Assembly: GCF_006345805.1 (NCBI RefSeq)
Contig: NC_043018.1
Location: forward strand, 24,242,001-24,306,000
Origin: Octopus sinensis
Taxonomy: Eukaryota
Length of the DNA: 64,000 bases
Direction: 5' to 3'
The notes under the pieces were generated by a model that saw only the letters and a list, made by a program, of their open reading frames with translations, was not told the DNA's origin and made no database searches. Made by a program: the position numbers and the translations under genes. Positions 39,913 through 53,682 of the stretch are shown piece after piece (position 1 is the stretch's first letter; every line of letters starts with the position of its first letter).

Positions 39913-40719
39913 TACACACACACACACACACATGTATATCTGTTCTTCTTTGGCTGTGCATTGTAAATTGACATTAACTGTTCTTTTTCAGTAATCATCT
40001 CCGTCCTTAGTTGAAAGACACCTGTTGTTATGTCCTGTTATTTGTATTTGTGTAACTTTCTCTGTTTTTTTCCGTCCTTGTTTTCATATACATTCACTGC
40101 TTTCTTCCGAGGAATCTAATGCTCTTAGCTTAGTTTTTCCTTGAGGATGGCCAGATTGGAGCAATCTCGAATATAACCAGCCGAAATTGCAAAGATAATC
40201 TGGAACTCGACCGAGGAAAGAAAACTCCAAATGATCCGTCTTTGTTTTCTTTGTATCGTCTATATCGATGTTTTGTTGTCCCTTTCTTGTATCACCTAAC
40301 TGTCTGGATGTTTTGCATTCTTGTCCCATTTTGTGTGTGTGTATATATATATATATAATGTGTCATAATATATATATGAATCTTACGCACAAAATCTTAT
40401 GTATGGTATGATATGTGTCATAATGTTGAGCTTATTGAATCAAGATGTGATATCTTGCTGGGTTAGACATTAGAAGTCAGACACAATTGACCGACAAATT
40501 ACTAAGGAATTAGGTGAGTGTGTAGTGAGGGTTAACAGTTAGTTGGACTAAACAGGCATTCGTATTTAATTTGAAAGACAAAATGAGTGCAAATTGAGAG
40601 TTGTGTAACTGGTAGCATGTTTCCTTGTGAAACAATTTCTGTCAGTGTTTATGTAGGTCTTCATATATGAAAGTGTATACGTGTACATTCATGTGTATGT
40701 ATGTTTGCATGTATGTATG

Positions 40720-41095
40720 TTCCGAGTTGTTGGTCTCAACATTGCATGTAGACAGTTGAAATTTTGCATAGACGCACGTCTTATCAAAGTGGACATAGTG
40801 ATTAATGTAGAGCTAAGGATGGAAGTGGTAATGCAAATAAAAGTGAAGAGGGGAGAGACAAGTCAGATAAGAATGTTTTAATGGAAGTGGCATGAGCCTG
40901 GCAAGCTCTGGGGTGTGGAGGCCATTGTAGTAACAGTAGAAAAGCTGGAGAGAAAGCGGAAACAGCGGGACTGGAAGTTGGAGTGTGCTTGTGAGTGACA
41001 TTATGCTAATCAGTTGAGCAACCTTTTTCTGGGTGTGGTCCAGTATGTCTGTGTTTACAGCAGCAACAACTCTGAACATGCAAGAGCAATAATCC
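40720..41095 (-). mobile_element. CR1/Jockey-group LINE ORF2 3' remnant
   Basis: DYCSC...ILDHTQKKVAQLI...LQLFYCYYNG...ELARLMP. Confidence 0.6.
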
Positions 41096-41100
41096 CTTGT

Positions 41101-41440
41101 GAAGGCATATGGCTCAGTGGTTAGAGCGTCCAGCTTACAATCATGGGGTAATGAGTTCGATTCCCAGACCAGGCTGTGTATTGTGTTCTTGAGCAAGACA
41201 TTTTATTCCACATTACTCCAGTTCACTCAGCTGTATAAATGAGTTTGAAGTTACTGATACCAGACTGTATCATCCTTTGCTTTTCCCTTGGATAACATTG
41301 GTGGTGTGGTCAAGGGAGGCTGGCATGCATGGGTGACTGCTGGTCTTCCATGAACAACCTTGCCCAGACTTGTGCCTTGGATGGCAACTTTCTAGGTGTA
41401 ATCCCTTGGTCATTCATGACCAAAGGGGGTCTTTACCCAA
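41101..41440 (+). mobile_element. tRNA-headed SINE family D
   Basis: A box TGGCTCAGTGG, B box GAGTTCGATTCCC, then gtgttcttgagcaagaca. Confidence 0.75.
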
Positions 41441-43851
41441 TTCCTTGTAGGCCTGACAAGGCATTGGTCAGCCTGAGATAATAGTTGAAGATACTTGCTC
41501 AAGTTGTTTCATTGTGGAATTGAACCTAAGACCACATAACTGAAGCAAACGTCTTAAACCTTACATCCATGCATGCACCTAGCATATACAACTGCATGTT
41601 GGTGGTGGTTTGTATCAGGGTGGCCAGATGACAGACACATTAGGATGCCAGACAAAATGCTTAGTGGCATTTCTTCCAGCTCTTAATGTTCTGAGTTCAA
41701 ATGCTGCCTAGGTCTACTTTGTCTTTCATCCTCCTGGGAATCAATGAAATAAGTGCTAGTGAAGTACTGGGGGTTCAGTGAAATCAAACTCCACACCCAC
41801 CACCTCTCATAAAATCCCAGGCCTTGTGCCTATATTAAGAAAGGATTATTTGTTCATATATCTGAAAGTTTTGTACATCAACTGTACACATTGGTGAGTT
41901 TGAAATGATATGGGGAACTGATCACCTAATCCTGATTGCTAATACAACAATCTAATAAAACAGACCCTGCACATTTTATACTCCAAATGTGTGTTGGTAA
42001 TTTTGTAGTTTTTCATGGAAACACAAATAAATACTAATCATCATCATCATCATCATCATGCTTTTGATTTTGGCATTTGTTAGACGTATAGACACTACAG
42101 TCCAAGACAGTTCTTGTTCAGAGCTCCTTGTTGGAAAAGCTATTAGGCAAATTTTATGATAATTTTATGTTTTGATTGTACCTTTAGGATTGTTCTGTAG
42201 TTAAAATTGCTTGGAAATAACTTTAAAATGCTTATTTATTCACATTGTTTTGAATTATGCATTGTCTTTTAGCTTCAAGATTTCAATGATGATGTTTATT
42301 CTTAGAACTAGCTGACCTCAGCCATCAGAAATGATGGCTAATTGTAGTATTTTATATATAAATAAGGTACAAAATAAGATACATATTAATCACAGATACA
42401 AGCATTCACATGCTTTCCTTGTACACCCACAAAGTTGAAACACTGTTTGATTTTTTTTTCCACTGTAGAACTTCCATAATCCCACTACCAAGTTTGCCAT
42501 CTCCCCTTCGTTCCTTATTTATCTATCACCCCTTCCTTTCTCATTCATATGTTGTGACGGAGAAATACACAAGAATATTATTATAGTAGGTAATTAAACT
42601 GGTGTGCTGTTGATATGATCACCGGAACAGCTTGCTCGTGAAATTAACATGCAAGTGGCTGAGCAAACATGCATGTGGCTGAGCACTCTGTAAACTTGTG
42701 TACCCTTAATGTAGTCCCCAGGTAGATTCAGCATGATGCAGAATATGACAATGATGGCCTTTGAATTACAGATACAACTCATTTTTACCAGCTGAGCAAC
42801 GTGAAAGTCTCTTGCTCAACGGTACAATGCAGCACCAGGAACCGAACTCCCAATCATATGATTCTGAGCTGAATACCGTAACCACTATTCAGCTGTGAAG
42901 ACAAGAGTACACCCCAACACATAGTGGGCTTTCAGTTTCTGTCTATCAAATCCACTCACATTGGAGGTGCATGGCATAGTGGTTAGGGCGTTGAGCTCGT
43001 GATCATAAGATTATGGTTTCGATTCTGGACTGGGCAATGCATTGTGTTCTTGAGCAAGACACTTTTAGAATGATATTCTTTTCTACTCTAGGCACAAAGC
43101 CTGAAATTTTTGGGGAGGTGGGGTGGGGGCAGTTGATTAGATCTACCCCAGTATGCAACTGGGCTGCAGTCCAGTAATTGAAACAAATAAAAATAAATGC
43201 CACTGTAGCAGAATGTAAGCATTTACACTCACTTCGTCTCTTACACACACACACACACACCCACCAACTAAATCTCATTCAAGTTTTGCAATACTACAGA
43301 GTTACCACAGTACTCTTACAAAATCTGTACCTTGCTACTCTCGAAATTTATAATTTTGTTGTTTTTGAGATCACCAGCAGTATTTGTTGTATATATGTAT
43401 ATATTTACTTTTCTTTTCTATTCTTTTTTTTTTGTCTATTTTTCAATGCTAGCATGGCTTAGACAAATATATATATATTATTGAGGCTGTTGTTTTAACA
43501 GCTGGATGCCCTTGATATCACCACCCATAGCTCAGTGGTTCAGCAGAGAAGCATGTAATGTAAACATTTGTTCACTCTCACACACACACACATACACACG
43601 TTTGTATGTGTATTTACATATATCATCATCTCATCGTTTAGTGTTCACTTTTCCATGCTTGAAAGGACCAAACAAAATTAATGGAGGCAGATTTCTCTGC
43701 ATCCAGATGCTCTTCCTGTTGCCAATGCTCACCTGTTTTCAAGTAAAGCAATATTCCCCATCGCCAGACATATCTCCACAGCTGATTGGAAACAAAGCAC
43801 ATCACTTGCTTGACAGTAACATAAGTTTCAACAATCACATTTTATATATAT

Positions 43852-44226
43852 ACTAGCAGTATCGCCCTGCGTTGCTCAGGTTTGTAAGGGAAATAACTAT
43901 AAAGCATTTTTAGAGAGTTATAGCCAAAAAATAGCAAAAAATGGAAAAAAAATGATGGTAAATTTTTTTTGAGAGTTAAAAAAGGTGGAGTTGCGTCCCC
44001 TACACGGTCTGTGGTTTGGGTTTCTGATTCTCGACCCCATGTCGAATTTATCGATTTTTTTCAGAACTGGGGGAACTTTTCAAAATTTTCGCTGCGTTAG
44101 TTTTGAATTATGACATTGGGCTATGTGTGTGTCAAGTTTCATCAGAATCGGTTGAAAGCCGTGGTCAGAGTGAGGGTACGAGAAAACAGACACACAGAAA
44201 ACGCACAGACAAACTGCCGTTTATAT

Positions 44227-44230
<4 letters not shown>
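43852..44230 (+). mobile_element. Non-autonomous Helitron/Helentron-like element
   Basis: ACTAGC start with short stem, aagtttcatcagaatcggt motif, cagacaca tract, tttatatagat end. Confidence 0.6.
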
Positions 44231-44303
<73 letters not shown>

Positions 44304-44305
<2 letters not shown>

Positions 44306-44560
44306 TCATCATCATCATCATCGTGCTAGCACGGGTTGGACGGTTCGACCGGGGTCTGGGAAGCCAGGAGGCTGCACCAGGCTCCAGTTGATCTGGCAGT
44401 GTTTCTACAGCTGGATGCCCTTCCTAACGCCAACCACTCCGTGAGTGTAGTGGTGCTTTTTACATGTCACCGGCACAGGTGCTAGAGGAGGCTGGCAGCG
44501 GCCACGTTTGGATGGTGCTTTTTACGTGCCACCGGCACAGAAGCCGGTCAAGGCGGCATA
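44304..44560 (-). mobile_element. SINE family C
   Basis: Reverse complement similarity to 38244-38455. Confidence 0.8.
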
Positions 44561-44564
44561 TATA

Positions 44565-44612
<48 letters not shown>

Positions 44613-44866
44613 ATATATATATGTGTGTATATATAATATATATATGTGTGTATATATAATATATATATGTGTGTATATATAATATATATATGTGTGTATA
44701 TATAATATATATATGTGTGTATTATAATATTATATGTGTGTATATATAATATATATATGTGTGTATATATAATATATATATGTTGTATATATAATATATA
44801 TATGTGTGTATATATAATATATATATGTGTGTATATATAATATATATATGTGTGATATATAATATA

Positions 44867-44897
<31 letters not shown>

Positions 44898-44950
44898 GTG
44901 TGTATATATATATGTGTATATATATATATGTGTGTGTATATATATATATA

Positions 44951-45011
<61 letters not shown>

Positions 45012-45103
45012 AAAGCGGACGTTAAACGAAACGATGATATGTGTGTGTTTGCATGTGTGTGTGTATATATGTTTGTATGTGTATATATATGCACACGTGT
45101 GTG

Positions 45104-45135
<32 letters not shown>

Positions 45136-45894
45136 GTTTGTATGTATGTATGTATGTATGTATGCATGCATGTGTGTGTCATTGTTTAATGTTTGCTTTC
45201 TATACTGGCATGACAGATCTTGGTGCAGCCTTGCAGTTTATCAGCTCCTGTCAAACTATCCAACCCATGCCAGCATAGAAAGCGGACAGTAAATATGATG
45301 ACAGTTCAAGAAAAGAATTAGAAGACAGTAAAACCGTATTGAAATAGGAGAAGCATTTAATAGATCAAAATACACGTCAGTTTTTAACTGTATTTTTATA
45401 TTTGTGTACATTATATACAACAAAACATAGCCAGGTGAATTTGACAATTAAACAATGTCTCTCTGTACAAATATTTTTAGTGAATTCAACATTTTCATAA
45501 TTGGAATACCTGTGAGATCCTCTTGTATATGTTCTTTGTTCATGCCAAACTGTTTGATAATAATTCGTTTTTTTTTCAATGGCTCTAAGAAAATAATCAT
45601 TCAAATGTTTTTCTGAAATGACTGAGTGGAGGAAACCTGTGGACAATACTTGGGAGTCATTTCAGTTACTTGTGTATTCATTATCATCAACTAACGTCCA
45701 TTGTCCATGCTGGCATGGGTTGGACTGTTTGACGTGGAACTGGTTTGCAGGGAGCTGTTCAGACTCCGAGTGTCTGTTGTGGCATGGTTTCTATGGCTGG
45801 ATACCCTTCCTAGTGCCAACCACAGTGTTCCAGGTGTTTTTACATGTCACTGGTATGGGTGTGTTTATGCAGCACTGGTATGGATATGTTTGCG

Positions 45895-46115
45895 TGTGTG
45901 TGAAAAACCTGGCTGATGACAGTCAAGGCTGATCTGGAACCCAACCTAGGCCCCCATATCTATGGCGTTTGCCGCTTGTATAAGGAGTGGTTGGAGATCA
46001 TGCGGTCGTTAGCCTCAAATCGCCAGGCCTGGTCGGCGTTTGTGAGAGATGCAGCACTGAGAATGAATGAAGCCAGCTCCCCACCCCCCTGGGTGAATGC
46101 TGTAAGAAGAAGAAG
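45895..46115 (+). mobile_element. RTE-like LINE 3' end
   Basis: TVKADLE...GPHIYG...EWLE...LASNRQAWSAFVRD followed by (AAG)n tail. Confidence 0.6.
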
Positions 46116-46239
46116 TGCACGCATGTATTTGCATGTGTGTGTGTGTGTGTATATATATATGTTTGCATGTGTGTGTATATATGTATATTTGTGTATGTTT
46201 ATAGATATATGTTTGTGTGTGTGTGTTTGCATGTGTATG

Positions 46240-46295
<56 letters not shown>

Positions 46296-46296
<1 letters not shown>

Positions 46297-47554
46297 GGTT
46301 GTCCTGGAAGTCCTGAGTGTTTTTTAATACGCAAAAAGAGATCTAAGTAATTGACCTTTCAATAAATTTCATTCAATGAAATAATCCCCATTATTATCTA
46401 TGACCTTTGCCCATCTATCAATCAATTTAAATGTACCGTCAGCATAAAATTTGACCAGTTTTGAAGAAAAAAAGTTATCTAGATGCATTTTGACTCCATC
46501 TAAATCATTAAATGTTTTTCCTTGCAATGAGTTCTGTAGAGACAAAAACAGGTGATAGTTGGATGACACAATATCAGGAGAATATGGTGGAAGAGATCCC
46601 AGCCAAGTTCATGTAACTTTGTTTGGGTAGCCAAAGACACGTGGTCGGGCAGTGTCTTGTTGGAACACTATCCCTTTCCTGTTGGCAATCTCCAGCCTCA
46701 GTTCTTTGACCTTTTGGTTCAAATTAGCCAGTTGACAATAGTACACATCAGAATTAAGGGTCTGGTTTTGTGGGAGAAGCTCATAATAATGTCTTTATGA
46801 TCCCACCAAACTCAAAGCATAGTTTTTTTGGCATGGATATTCGTCTTTGGTTGCTGTTTTGGAGCATCCTTATGCAAGCTCCAGGATATTTTTTACCCTA
46901 AATCCATTTTTCATCTCCAGTCACAAGGTGTTTCAAAAAAGGCATGCTTTCATTCTGTTTCAACAGCATATCACAAATGGAATACCGGTCTAAGCAATTC
47001 TTTTCAGAGAGTTTGTGAGGAACCCATACATTATTGTGAGAAATGTATCCTAGCTTCACTAGGTGTTCATGAGCCATACTTTTAGAAACTTCCAACTCCT
47101 CTGCAAGTCCTCTGGTCGTGATATTTGAGTTTTCTTCAGTTTTTCCCTTTGAAACATCTCCATCCAATTTTGAAGGTCTTCCACTTTGACTGTCATCTTC
47201 CAAGCTAAACTCTCCATCTTCAAATTTTGCAGACCACCTTCGAACAGTTGATTCACCTACAGCAGCATCATCACCATAAACTTCACAAATGTTTTTGCAA
47301 GTCTTTGCAACATTTTCTCCTTCTTTAAAAAAGAAAAGCATTACAACGCAAATATGAAATTTTTGGTTATCCATTTCAAATGTCAATAAAGGGAAACCGG
47401 AATGATAGATAAATCCATTTTTAGTCAGGAACAAAGAAAAGATGCTCTACCAATTCAAACAACACTGAAGTTTTCACTGTGTTACGTTTCAGGTGTGTTC
47501 AATGAAGCGTTAAATGATTTAGCTTAAAAGCGCTCAGAACTTTCTGGACAACCT
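46296..47554 (-). mobile_element. Near full-length mariner transposon
   Basis: Imperfect TIRs AGGTTGTCCTGGAAGTCCTGAG / CTCAGAACTTTCTGGACAACCT; ~1.26 kb. Confidence 0.9.
46369..47374 (-). pseudogene. Mariner transposase pseudogene
   Basis: SGRP, WVPHKL, LVTGDEKWI, PYSPDI..SNYHLF, RWAKVIDNNGDYFIE; broken by stops and frameshifts. Confidence 0.9.
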
Positions 47555-47701
47555 TGTGTGTGTGTGTGTGTGTATATAAAATATATACATACATGTTTGT
47601 ATGTATGTATGTGAGTACGTGTGTGTACACACTCATGAGAGTGAAACAGAAAGTAATGCAGTTTTTATTTGCAATACTTTCTAACTCACCCTTGTATGTG
47701 T

Positions 47702-47755
<54 letters not shown>

Positions 47756-48067
47756 ACACACACACACATTCTATACATATATATGTGTTTGTGTGTGTTT
47801 CTATCTACCAAATTCATTCAAAAGTCATTGGTGAATTTGGTGCTGTTGTAGAAGAAAGTCGTCCAAGGTGCCACACAGTGGGACCGAACCTGAAAGCACA
47901 TGGTTGCCAAGCAGACTTTTTATTCACACAACCATCATCATATTATAAATGATAGGGTCTCTTAAACTTTTGCTCTTTTTACTGGGGGAAGGTAAACATA
48001 ACCAAGCAGAATAGCAGTTTTGCATGTGTGTTTGGATGGTGATTGTGTTACTAGGGTGAAGACATAT

Positions 48068-48124
<57 letters not shown>

Positions 48125-48927
48125 ACTTGCAAAGCAAAGATTATGCAGAGTTGAAGTAGCTGAAGTATGGTTGTCTGAAGAGTGGAAAAAATATAGATTG
48201 TTCGTTGGTCAGCCCAGTACTGGCTTTATACATACATACATATATATATATATATAATATATATATATATATAATATATATATATATACCTGTATGTTTG
48301 ACCTCTTGTGAATTTCTCTCACTTGACCTTTCGAATATTATATCTGTAATGTCATCCACTTTGCTTTAAGTAGAAATCTGTTGAATCAATATTAAGCAAA
48401 ATGATTTTTTTTGTTTGTTTTTTTTTTTGTTTTCTTTCTCTGGTGGAATTTCCTACTGGTCGAAATGTTTAGTGGCATTTCTTCCAGTTCTTTGTGTACC
48501 AATTTGAAACCGTACTGAGGTCAACTTTACCTTTCATTCTTTTGAGGCCTGATAAAATAAGTACCAGTTACACACTGGGGTTGATGGAATCGACTACCCC
48601 CTTTCCCGAAATTGCTGGCCTTGTGCCAAAATTTGAACTCCTCATTATTATTGAAGGCATTGCCACGCTGGTGGAGTCATTGCCACGCTGGTGGAGTCAT
48701 TGCCACGCTGGGGAAAATGCTTAGTGGCATTTCTTTTGAATTTATGTTCTGAGTTCAAATACTACCAGGGTTAACTTTACCTTTCATCCTTTCAGGGTCG
48801 ATATAATAAGTACCAGTTGAGCACTGGGGTTAATGTAATTGACTTACTCTCCCCACCAAAATTACTGGCCTTGTGCCAAAATTTGAAGCCATTATTATTA
48901 TTGTTATTGTTGTTATTATTATTATTA

Positions 48928-49290
48928 TTACCTCCACCTTAGTGAAAGTGGAGGTATTGTTTTCAGTTGTGTTTGTTTGTTTGTCAGTGGATAAGATATC
49001 TCAAGAACTGTTGGATAGATTCGAATGAAACTTTCAGGGATATTTAGCCTTGTGGATGATATGTACTGATTAGATTTTGGGATCAATCTGGTACTGGACA
49101 AGGATTTTGGGTTAGTTTTGCTGTTCTTTTATTTAATTTTTGAGAGCGGTCAGGTTCATTTTGAGTATTCTCATTTGTTAGAGCAGTCAAGTTTATTTCA
49201 GATATTCACATTTTAAAAATCCTCTCTGGCTAATCGTTGAGAGGACATTGGTGTTGCCTTGGTGTAAGTTTGCACTTTCTGAGTGCTCTT
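48928..49290 (+). mobile_element. HINE/Helentron-like non-autonomous element
   Basis: TTACCTCCAC...GTGGAGGTA 5' inverted repeat, (GTTT)n, 3' stem GCACT..AGTGC. Confidence 0.6.
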
Positions 49291-49291
49291 A

Positions 49292-49338
<47 letters not shown>

Positions 49339-49911
49339 GGCAGAATCGTTACCATGCTAGACAAGTGCTTAGTGACATTTTGGAGTCTTTATGTTGCTGA
49401 GGTTTGCTTTGCCTTTCATCCTTTCAGGGTTCATGAATTAAGTACCAGTCGAGCACTGGGGTCAATGTATTTGACTTGCCTCCTCCCCTCAAATTTCAGG
49501 CCTTGTGCCTATGGTGGACAAACTGTACTCATGATCACAAGATCGTGGTTTCAATTCCTTCATCTCACATTGCTCTGCAATCACTTTGATTTCCACTGCC
49601 ACTTGACAGCTGCTGTTGGTTTGTTTGCGCTCCCTTAGTCTAGCAGTATGGTAAAGGACATCAATGGAATAAGTTCCAAACTTGCAAAAAATATATATTT
49701 GTTTGGGTAAATTTCTTCAAGGCAATGCCCCCCCCTACCCCCGCCGGCGTGGCTGCAGGCCAATGCTTGAAACGCATAAAAGGGTGGATAAAAGACGATA
49801 ACAGCAATAGCAATTGTCTTTGCCAAGTGATACAGCTGTGCTGTGGTTTGTAAGGTCACTAGGTTCCTTTCGTATTTGTTGATTGTTTAGCTTGACATGG
49901 CTTGTGTAAAC

Positions 49912-49944
<33 letters not shown>

Positions 49945-50211
49945 TAATAATGATTATGATGATGATAATAATAATAATAGTAATAGTAATAATGATTACA
50001 TGAAATGTATCGATTGGGATGGACAGGAAATTGTTCTACTGAATGGAACTCTGCTAATGCCTAATTCGTGTAGGGTGTTGTTGTTGTTGTTGTTGTTGTA
50101 ATTAGGCTTTTGTTTAATTTCTGCTTTCATCTCCTGTCGGATTAGGCTAGGTGATTGGCGGAGTAATATAGCACTGCTGCTGCTTTTGCTGCTGTTGTGA
50201 CAACAACAACA

Positions 50212-50266
<55 letters not shown>

Positions 50267-50934
50267 ACTACTACTACTACTACCACTGCCACCACCACCA
50301 GTAAATCACTGTTGTGGCTGTTGAGGGCAGTGGATGGCCGATTCAGTAGAGTTGCAGACGAAGTGTGTCGTGGTGGTGGAAGTGGTTGTGGTGGATTTTA
50401 TTAGATCTCACAGATTGATTTAGTCTTTCATCTTAGGGAGAACTGAGGATCAATAAAGCATCCATCAGATGTGTTATTGATGTCAATTCCTTCGGTTGTG
50501 CCCTCTCTGCTCCCTCCTCCCTTCAAATCGGTGGCATTGTGCTTGAGGTTATGAATCCCTCTGGGTCAACCTATAAATATTATACCAGCTGTATGTTGGT
50601 GCCAACATAATCAATTGTATTCATGCACACATGTGGCTTTGTGGTAAGAAGTTTGCCTCCCAACCACATGGTCTTGCTTTCAGTCCCAGGTAGGTATCTT
50701 CTATAGGCAAATCCATGAACAAAAATAAAAAGAGGGAAACATTAAGTGGACCTATCATCATTTAACATCCATCTTGATCCCAGTGCTCATTGATCCAGAC
50801 CTCGAAATGATAAAAGGGAAAGTTGACCTCAGTGGAATTTGAACTCAGAATATAAAGATAGATGAAATGCTGCTTAAGCATTTTGCCCAGTGCGTTAATG
50901 ATCCTGGCAAGCTTTCTGCCTTAAGGGCATAACT

Positions 50935-51260
50935 GTGAGGGTGCGTGGCTTAGTGGTCAGGGCATTCGGCTCATGATCGTAAGGTTGTGAGTTTGATTCC
51001 CGGCGACGCGTTGTGTCCTTGAGCAAGACACTTTATTTCACGTTGCTCCAGTCCACTCAGCTGGCAAAAATGAGTTGTACTTGTATTTCAAAGGGTCAGC
51101 CTTGTCACTCTCTGTGTCACGCTGATTATCCCCGAGAACTACGTTAAGGGTATGCGTGTCTGTGGAATGCTCAGCCATTTGCACGTTAATTTCACGAGCA
51201 AGCTGTTCCATTGATCGTATCAGCTGGGACCCTTGTCGTCGTAACCGGCGGAGTCTTTAG
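50935..51260 (+). mobile_element. Young SINE family D with TSD
   Basis: 12-bp TSD AAGGGCATAACT at 50923-50934 and 51261-51272; CpGs retained. Confidence 0.85.
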
Positions 51261-51799
51261 AAGGGCATAACTATTTAGCATGAGAAAATTAATCCAGTGC
51301 TCCATAGCTTTTAATGCACCAAAAATTTATGTTGAAGTCGTTCAGTGTTCTTGATATTTTGTTGTATCTTGGGAGGGTCATTAAACCAGTGATAAACACA
51401 TGCACTGCTTGTATTTCACTTCTTTATTATTCATTAATTGGTTAACTATTTAACCAATTAACTAATCAGTTATTTGATTAATCATTTTGGCACTCAATTT
51501 ATTAGTTATGTTTGCTTCAATCCTTTTGTTGTCATTCTCCCCCTCCTCCCAAATTTCAGGTCTTATACCTAATGATAATAATAATAATAATAATAATAAT
51601 TTTGAGGGAGGATGAGTCGATTACATTGACTCCAGTGTTTCACTGGTACTTTATCGACCCTGAAAGGATGAAAGTCAAAGTTGACCTTGACGGAATTTGA
51701 ACTCAGAATGTAGTGATGGGTGAAATACTGCTTAGCATTTCATCCAGCGCGCTAATGTTTCTGCCAGCTCACTGCTTTAAATAATAATAATAATTACCA

Positions 51800-51837
<38 letters not shown>

Positions 51838-52218
51838 ATAATAATAATAACCCATTCTATTAATAGGCACAAGGCCTGAAATCTGGGAGAGGGGATAATC
51901 GATTACATTGACCCTAGTACACAACTGGTACCTATGTTGTTGACCTCAGTGGAATTTGAACTCAGACTGTAAAGATAGATGAAATGTCACTAAGCATTTT
52001 GCCCGGCACTGTAACAATTCTGATAGCTCTCCACCTAATAATAATAATAATAATAATAATAATTACTATTTACTCCTCCTCCTACTGCTAATGCTAATGA
52101 TTAGAATCACTGGCCAGGTTGTAGCTGTACAATGAAAGATGTTGGTATGTAGTACTCTTGACAAAATGTCTATGTTTTAAATACCTCTTAAGATTCTACT
52201 CGTGTACAATTGTTTTAG

Positions 52219-52339
52219 TTGCAGCACAAATGATGTCAGATTGTAAAATGCCTTGTCAAACGGATACAGCTTGCGAATGTTTGCAAATGCTGGCAGTGTA
52301 AGTTGCAGAAGCAGTGTTGGGTTAAGCAGATCTCAGCAG
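52219..52339 (+). other. Candidate internal exon
   Basis: ttgttttag acceptor; donors GTAAGT (52298) or GTTTGT (52340); no protein recognised. Confidence 0.2.
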
Positions 52340-53132
52340 GTTTGTACACCAATTGGAAACAAAGTTAACCCTTGTATAAAATGTGTCATTTGTCTGCAAT
52401 TTTCTGGGATACACGTCTGGCCATTGAGCTGTTTTGTTTGAAAGAATAGGAGGAGTATTATTTTGCTTAGAAACAGGTGAGAATTGGCAACAGGAAGAGC
52501 ATCTGGCCATAGAATATCTGCTTTAACGAGTGACTTGTAACTCTTGCAAGCATGGAGAAGAAACATTAAAATGATGCAAGAAAAAGCTAAAAGAAGGTAA
52601 AATGGTATTGAAATAAAAGTAGCATTTAATAGATCAAAATATATGTCAGTCTTTAACTGTTTTTTAATTTTTGTATACAAAAAAACAAAACACAGACAGG
52701 AAATTTTGACAATTAAACAGTGTCTGTCTATACCAGTGGTTTCCAACCTGGAGTTTTCAGGCCCCTGGTGGTTTGCAAAGGTAGTACTGGGGGTCCATGA
52801 ATAAAATTCAAAATTTCATACATAGATATATATATACTGTTACTGTTTTTCTCTTGCTCAGAAATTTAACACGTTTTTCTCGATATGAGATCAGTGACTG
52901 TGTGTCGCTTAAAGAATATATAATATTTGTGAGTGGAGATAGCTTTTGTCACTAGCTGGTGAGTGTCTCACACTGAAGATGGATAACATTCAGAAACCTA
53001 GGTCTGTGAGTATCACATAAGGTTAGAGATGGGACCGATGACCTCCTTTGCAAATGCTATATACAGACACAGACTGTGTTGTTAGCCAGCTGGAAAAGAT
53101 GTTTTACAGGACTGCCATGTTATGTTGGCAGC

Positions 53133-53169
<37 letters not shown>

Positions 53170-53682
53170 CTGTAAATCCTCGAGTATAATCCATATTTTT
53201 TTCCCAAAGTTTAAAGGTCAAAATCCCTAGTGCGTACTATATACGAGGTTAGAAATGAAAATTATTTTCTAAGCAATGTCCGAGTCTCTATTTGCTGTCT
53301 GGTTATGTTTATTCAGACGCATTTAGTGATGTCAGACACGAAAATATCTTAAGCTAAGCCTGAAAGCAATGAAGTCATAAAAGAATCATTCATAACTTGC
53401 AGTAAGCAACATTTATTAAACGTTATTACTGTTATTTCTTTATTTTCTGCAAACAAAATGCACAAAAACAGCTGCACGTTTGCATTATGTTATATATACA
53501 ATAATAATAAAGGGCGTTACCATATACAGTTTTACAAATCAAGGGCGTTATATAGACCTCCTTGACTCAAGTTAGAGATGGGGTGCGTATTATACACAAG
53601 GTTTAGGTTTTTCAGAGATACAGCCCCCTAAAAATCCCCTGCGTATTATACTCAAGGGTGGACTATACTCGAGGATTTATTG
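53170..53682. mobile_element. pogo-like MITE
   Basis: TIRs taaatcctcgagtataatcc / ggactatactcgaggattta. Confidence 0.75.

Noticed and set aside
48120-48225. VAEVWLSEEWKKY resembling a GalNAc-transferase motif
   Set aside because: Short match with no splice acceptor, directly after (TG)n; likely chance
48658-48711. Three tandem 20-bp units
   Set aside because: Local slippage inside a SINE B head
52231-52233. TGA as selenocysteine in a Cys-rich frame
   Set aside because: No selenoprotein homology or SECIS element recognised
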